A DNA stretch of 7,248 nt from IMG/VR virus record IMGVR_UViG_2671180417_000024; one strand, given 5' to 3'. This document shows, in pieces, positions 5,866 through 7,248 of the stretch (its first letter is position 1; every line of letters starts with the position of its first letter). This DNA is from a virus. Lineage: Duplodnaviria > Heunggongvirae > Uroviricota > Caudoviricetes. The translations under genes and the position numbers were made by a program. The notes under the pieces are model-generated. The model saw only the letters and a list, made by a program, of their open reading frames with translations. It made no database searches and had not been told where the DNA came from.

Positions 5866-7248
5866 TCAGCTGATACTGATGCCTGCGGTGGCTTTCTTCA
5901 TCACCACAACCAGCAAATCGCTGATACTTGCTGTGGGATACCAGTTATTCACCAGCCATGCTGACACCGAAAACTCCAGCGTCATGTGACCGTGACCGGC
6001 AGGCATATCAATAACACCACTGTAAATCAGCGTATTATCCAGCGCGGTACGGTTATAAATTTCAGCACCGTTTTTCCGCACTATCAGACGGCATGAGGAG
6101 TAAATATCAGTATGCTCTCTCTCATGCTTAGCGCCACTGAATGCCACCGCCGGAATAACAATTTGCCGGTCAAACGGCTGATCGTCATAAACCCTGACGG
6201 TAATGGTCCCTGATGGCCACCGCTCCGGTGCACGGGAGTCCCGGGGGAAAGCTTTGCCCACTGTTTTAACGAGATCGCCTTCAATCTGGTTGGCGGACAG
6301 TTTTCCCAGAACCCGACAGTTCTCGTTAATCGTGACGTTGTTGAGCGTCCCGGAGTTCGCATTCACGTTACCGCTGATATCGGCATTTTTCGCCATCAGC
6401 CGCCCGTCCGGTGTCAGGGAAAATGCCGGAGGATTACCGCCGCTGGTAATGGTGGGAGCCGTCAGGTATTTCAGGAACACTTCGTTCATGAATATCTGAT
6501 CGCCCTGACCAACAAACATCGGCTTTGTGTTGCCATTCGCAGGATTAATCATCGCAATCCGGTCAGCAGCCAGAAGCACCTGACTCTGCATACCTGCTGG
6601 CGTATTCTCAATACCGGCTCCGATACCCGCAATATAAAGGCGTCCGTCCTTCATCTGCTGCAGTTTCACGGCCCACATGCTGTTCAGGTTATTATTTGTA
6701 TCAACCTGAACTTTCTGTATCTGCTGGATTGCCGCACTCTGGTCTTCCAGTTTTTTATTGACGGTCTGCGTGATTTCATTGCTGACATTCGTAATGGACG
6801 TCCTGATTTCAGCCAGGTCCGGCGCAAGCTGACCGTTATCAATCTGCGTCCACAGCTCCTGAGCCAGATGTGTTTTCCCGATTTCTCCTTTGAAAAAATC
6901 CAGGTAACCTTCCGCATCATCGCTCGCCCGACCGACAGCCTCCACGAATGCCGATTTGCCAACAGTATTCACACTGCGGATATAAAAATAATAATCATGG
7001 CCCGGTTTGATATTGATACTGGCAGCTATCCAGTACAGCGCCGAGCCAAGATAGCGGGCTGCGGTTTCAACCTGCCTGATATCCGCAATCCGCTTTTCCG
7101 AGAACCAGAACTCAAACTGTACCGTCGGGTCATAAACGGCAAGATGTGGCGTTGCGGTTATCTGAAAATAGCCCGGCGTCAGCTCAATCGTGGCGGGTAC
7201 CGCAGGTGCATTAATCCTGAACGTGGTGGTGGCCGGTTCCCCCTGCTG
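5866..7248 (-). CDS. J: Tail tip host-specificity protein J, C-terminal part (5' end of the gene lies beyond the right edge of the window)
   Basis: The minus-strand frame is open from 7248 down to the stop at 5866; I checked codon by codon that 6973-7248 has no in-frame stop, so the GTG at 6972 in the ORF track is not the real start. The translation (…[26 protein letters not shown]…[44 protein letters not shown]…) matches the lambda J protein as I recall it. Confidence 0.93.
   Translation of the reverse strand, partial: QQGEPATTTFRINAPAVPATIELTPGYFQITATPHLAVYDPTVQFEFWFSEKRIADIRQVETAARYLGSALYWIAASINIKPGHDYYFYIRSVNTVGKSAFVEAVGRASDDAEGYLDFFKGEIGKTHLAQELWTQIDNGQLAPDLAEIRTSITNVSNEITQTVNKKLEDQSAAIQQIQKVQVDTNNNLNSMWAVKLQQMKDGRLYIAGIGAGIENTPAGMQSQVLLAADRIAMINPANGNTKPMFVGQGDQIFMNEVFLKYLTAPTITSGGNPPAFSLTPDGRLMAKNADISGNVNANSGTLNNVTINENCRVLGKLSANQIEGDLVKTVGKAFPRDSRAPERWPSGTITVRVYDDQPFDRQIVIPAVAFSGAKHEREHTDIYSSCRLIVRKNGAEIYNRTALDNTLIYSGVIDMPAGHGHMTLEFSVSAWLVNNWYPTASISDLLVVVMKKATAGISIS

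Noticed and set aside
6084-6962. ORFs 6084..6362 (-), 6203..6499 (+) and 6684..6962 (-) inside J
   Set aside because: Alternative-frame or antisense ORFs within J; basic, low-complexity translations.
1-7248. CRISPR arrays, tRNA/rRNA genes, integrase, attachment site, transposase or IS element, Chi sites
   Set aside because: No short regularly spaced repeats, no cloverleaf-like or rRNA-like sequence, no recombinase-like ORF, and no GCTGGTGG or its complement found on reading the sequence.

Overview
This window is the distal tail region of a lambdoid (lambda-like) enterobacterial prophage, read almost entirely on the minus strand. It holds the 3' end of the tail-tip host-specificity gene J (partial, runs off the right edge), the Ail/Lom-family outer-membrane moron lom bracketed by two intrinsic terminators, a long mosaic side tail fibre gene stf (1042 aa), and its translationally coupled chaperone tfa. 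Beyond tfa the sequence changes character: a perfect 11-bp-stem hairpin, then an AT-rich, rare-codon cargo gene on the plus strand encoding a ~220-aa class I SAM-dependent methyltransferase of unknown substrate, then a short second tfa-like ORF that repeats the last ~215 bp of tfa in direct orientation (about 90% identical), and a small unassigned ORF at the left edge. The most interesting item is the methyltransferase cargo framed by the duplicated tfa 3' ends; I cannot place it in any described defence, anti-defence or effector family from sequence alone. No rRNA, tRNA, CRISPR array, integrase or transposase was seen. All protein identifications rest on my recollection of phage lambda proteins and on motifs visible in the translations; no database search was run.
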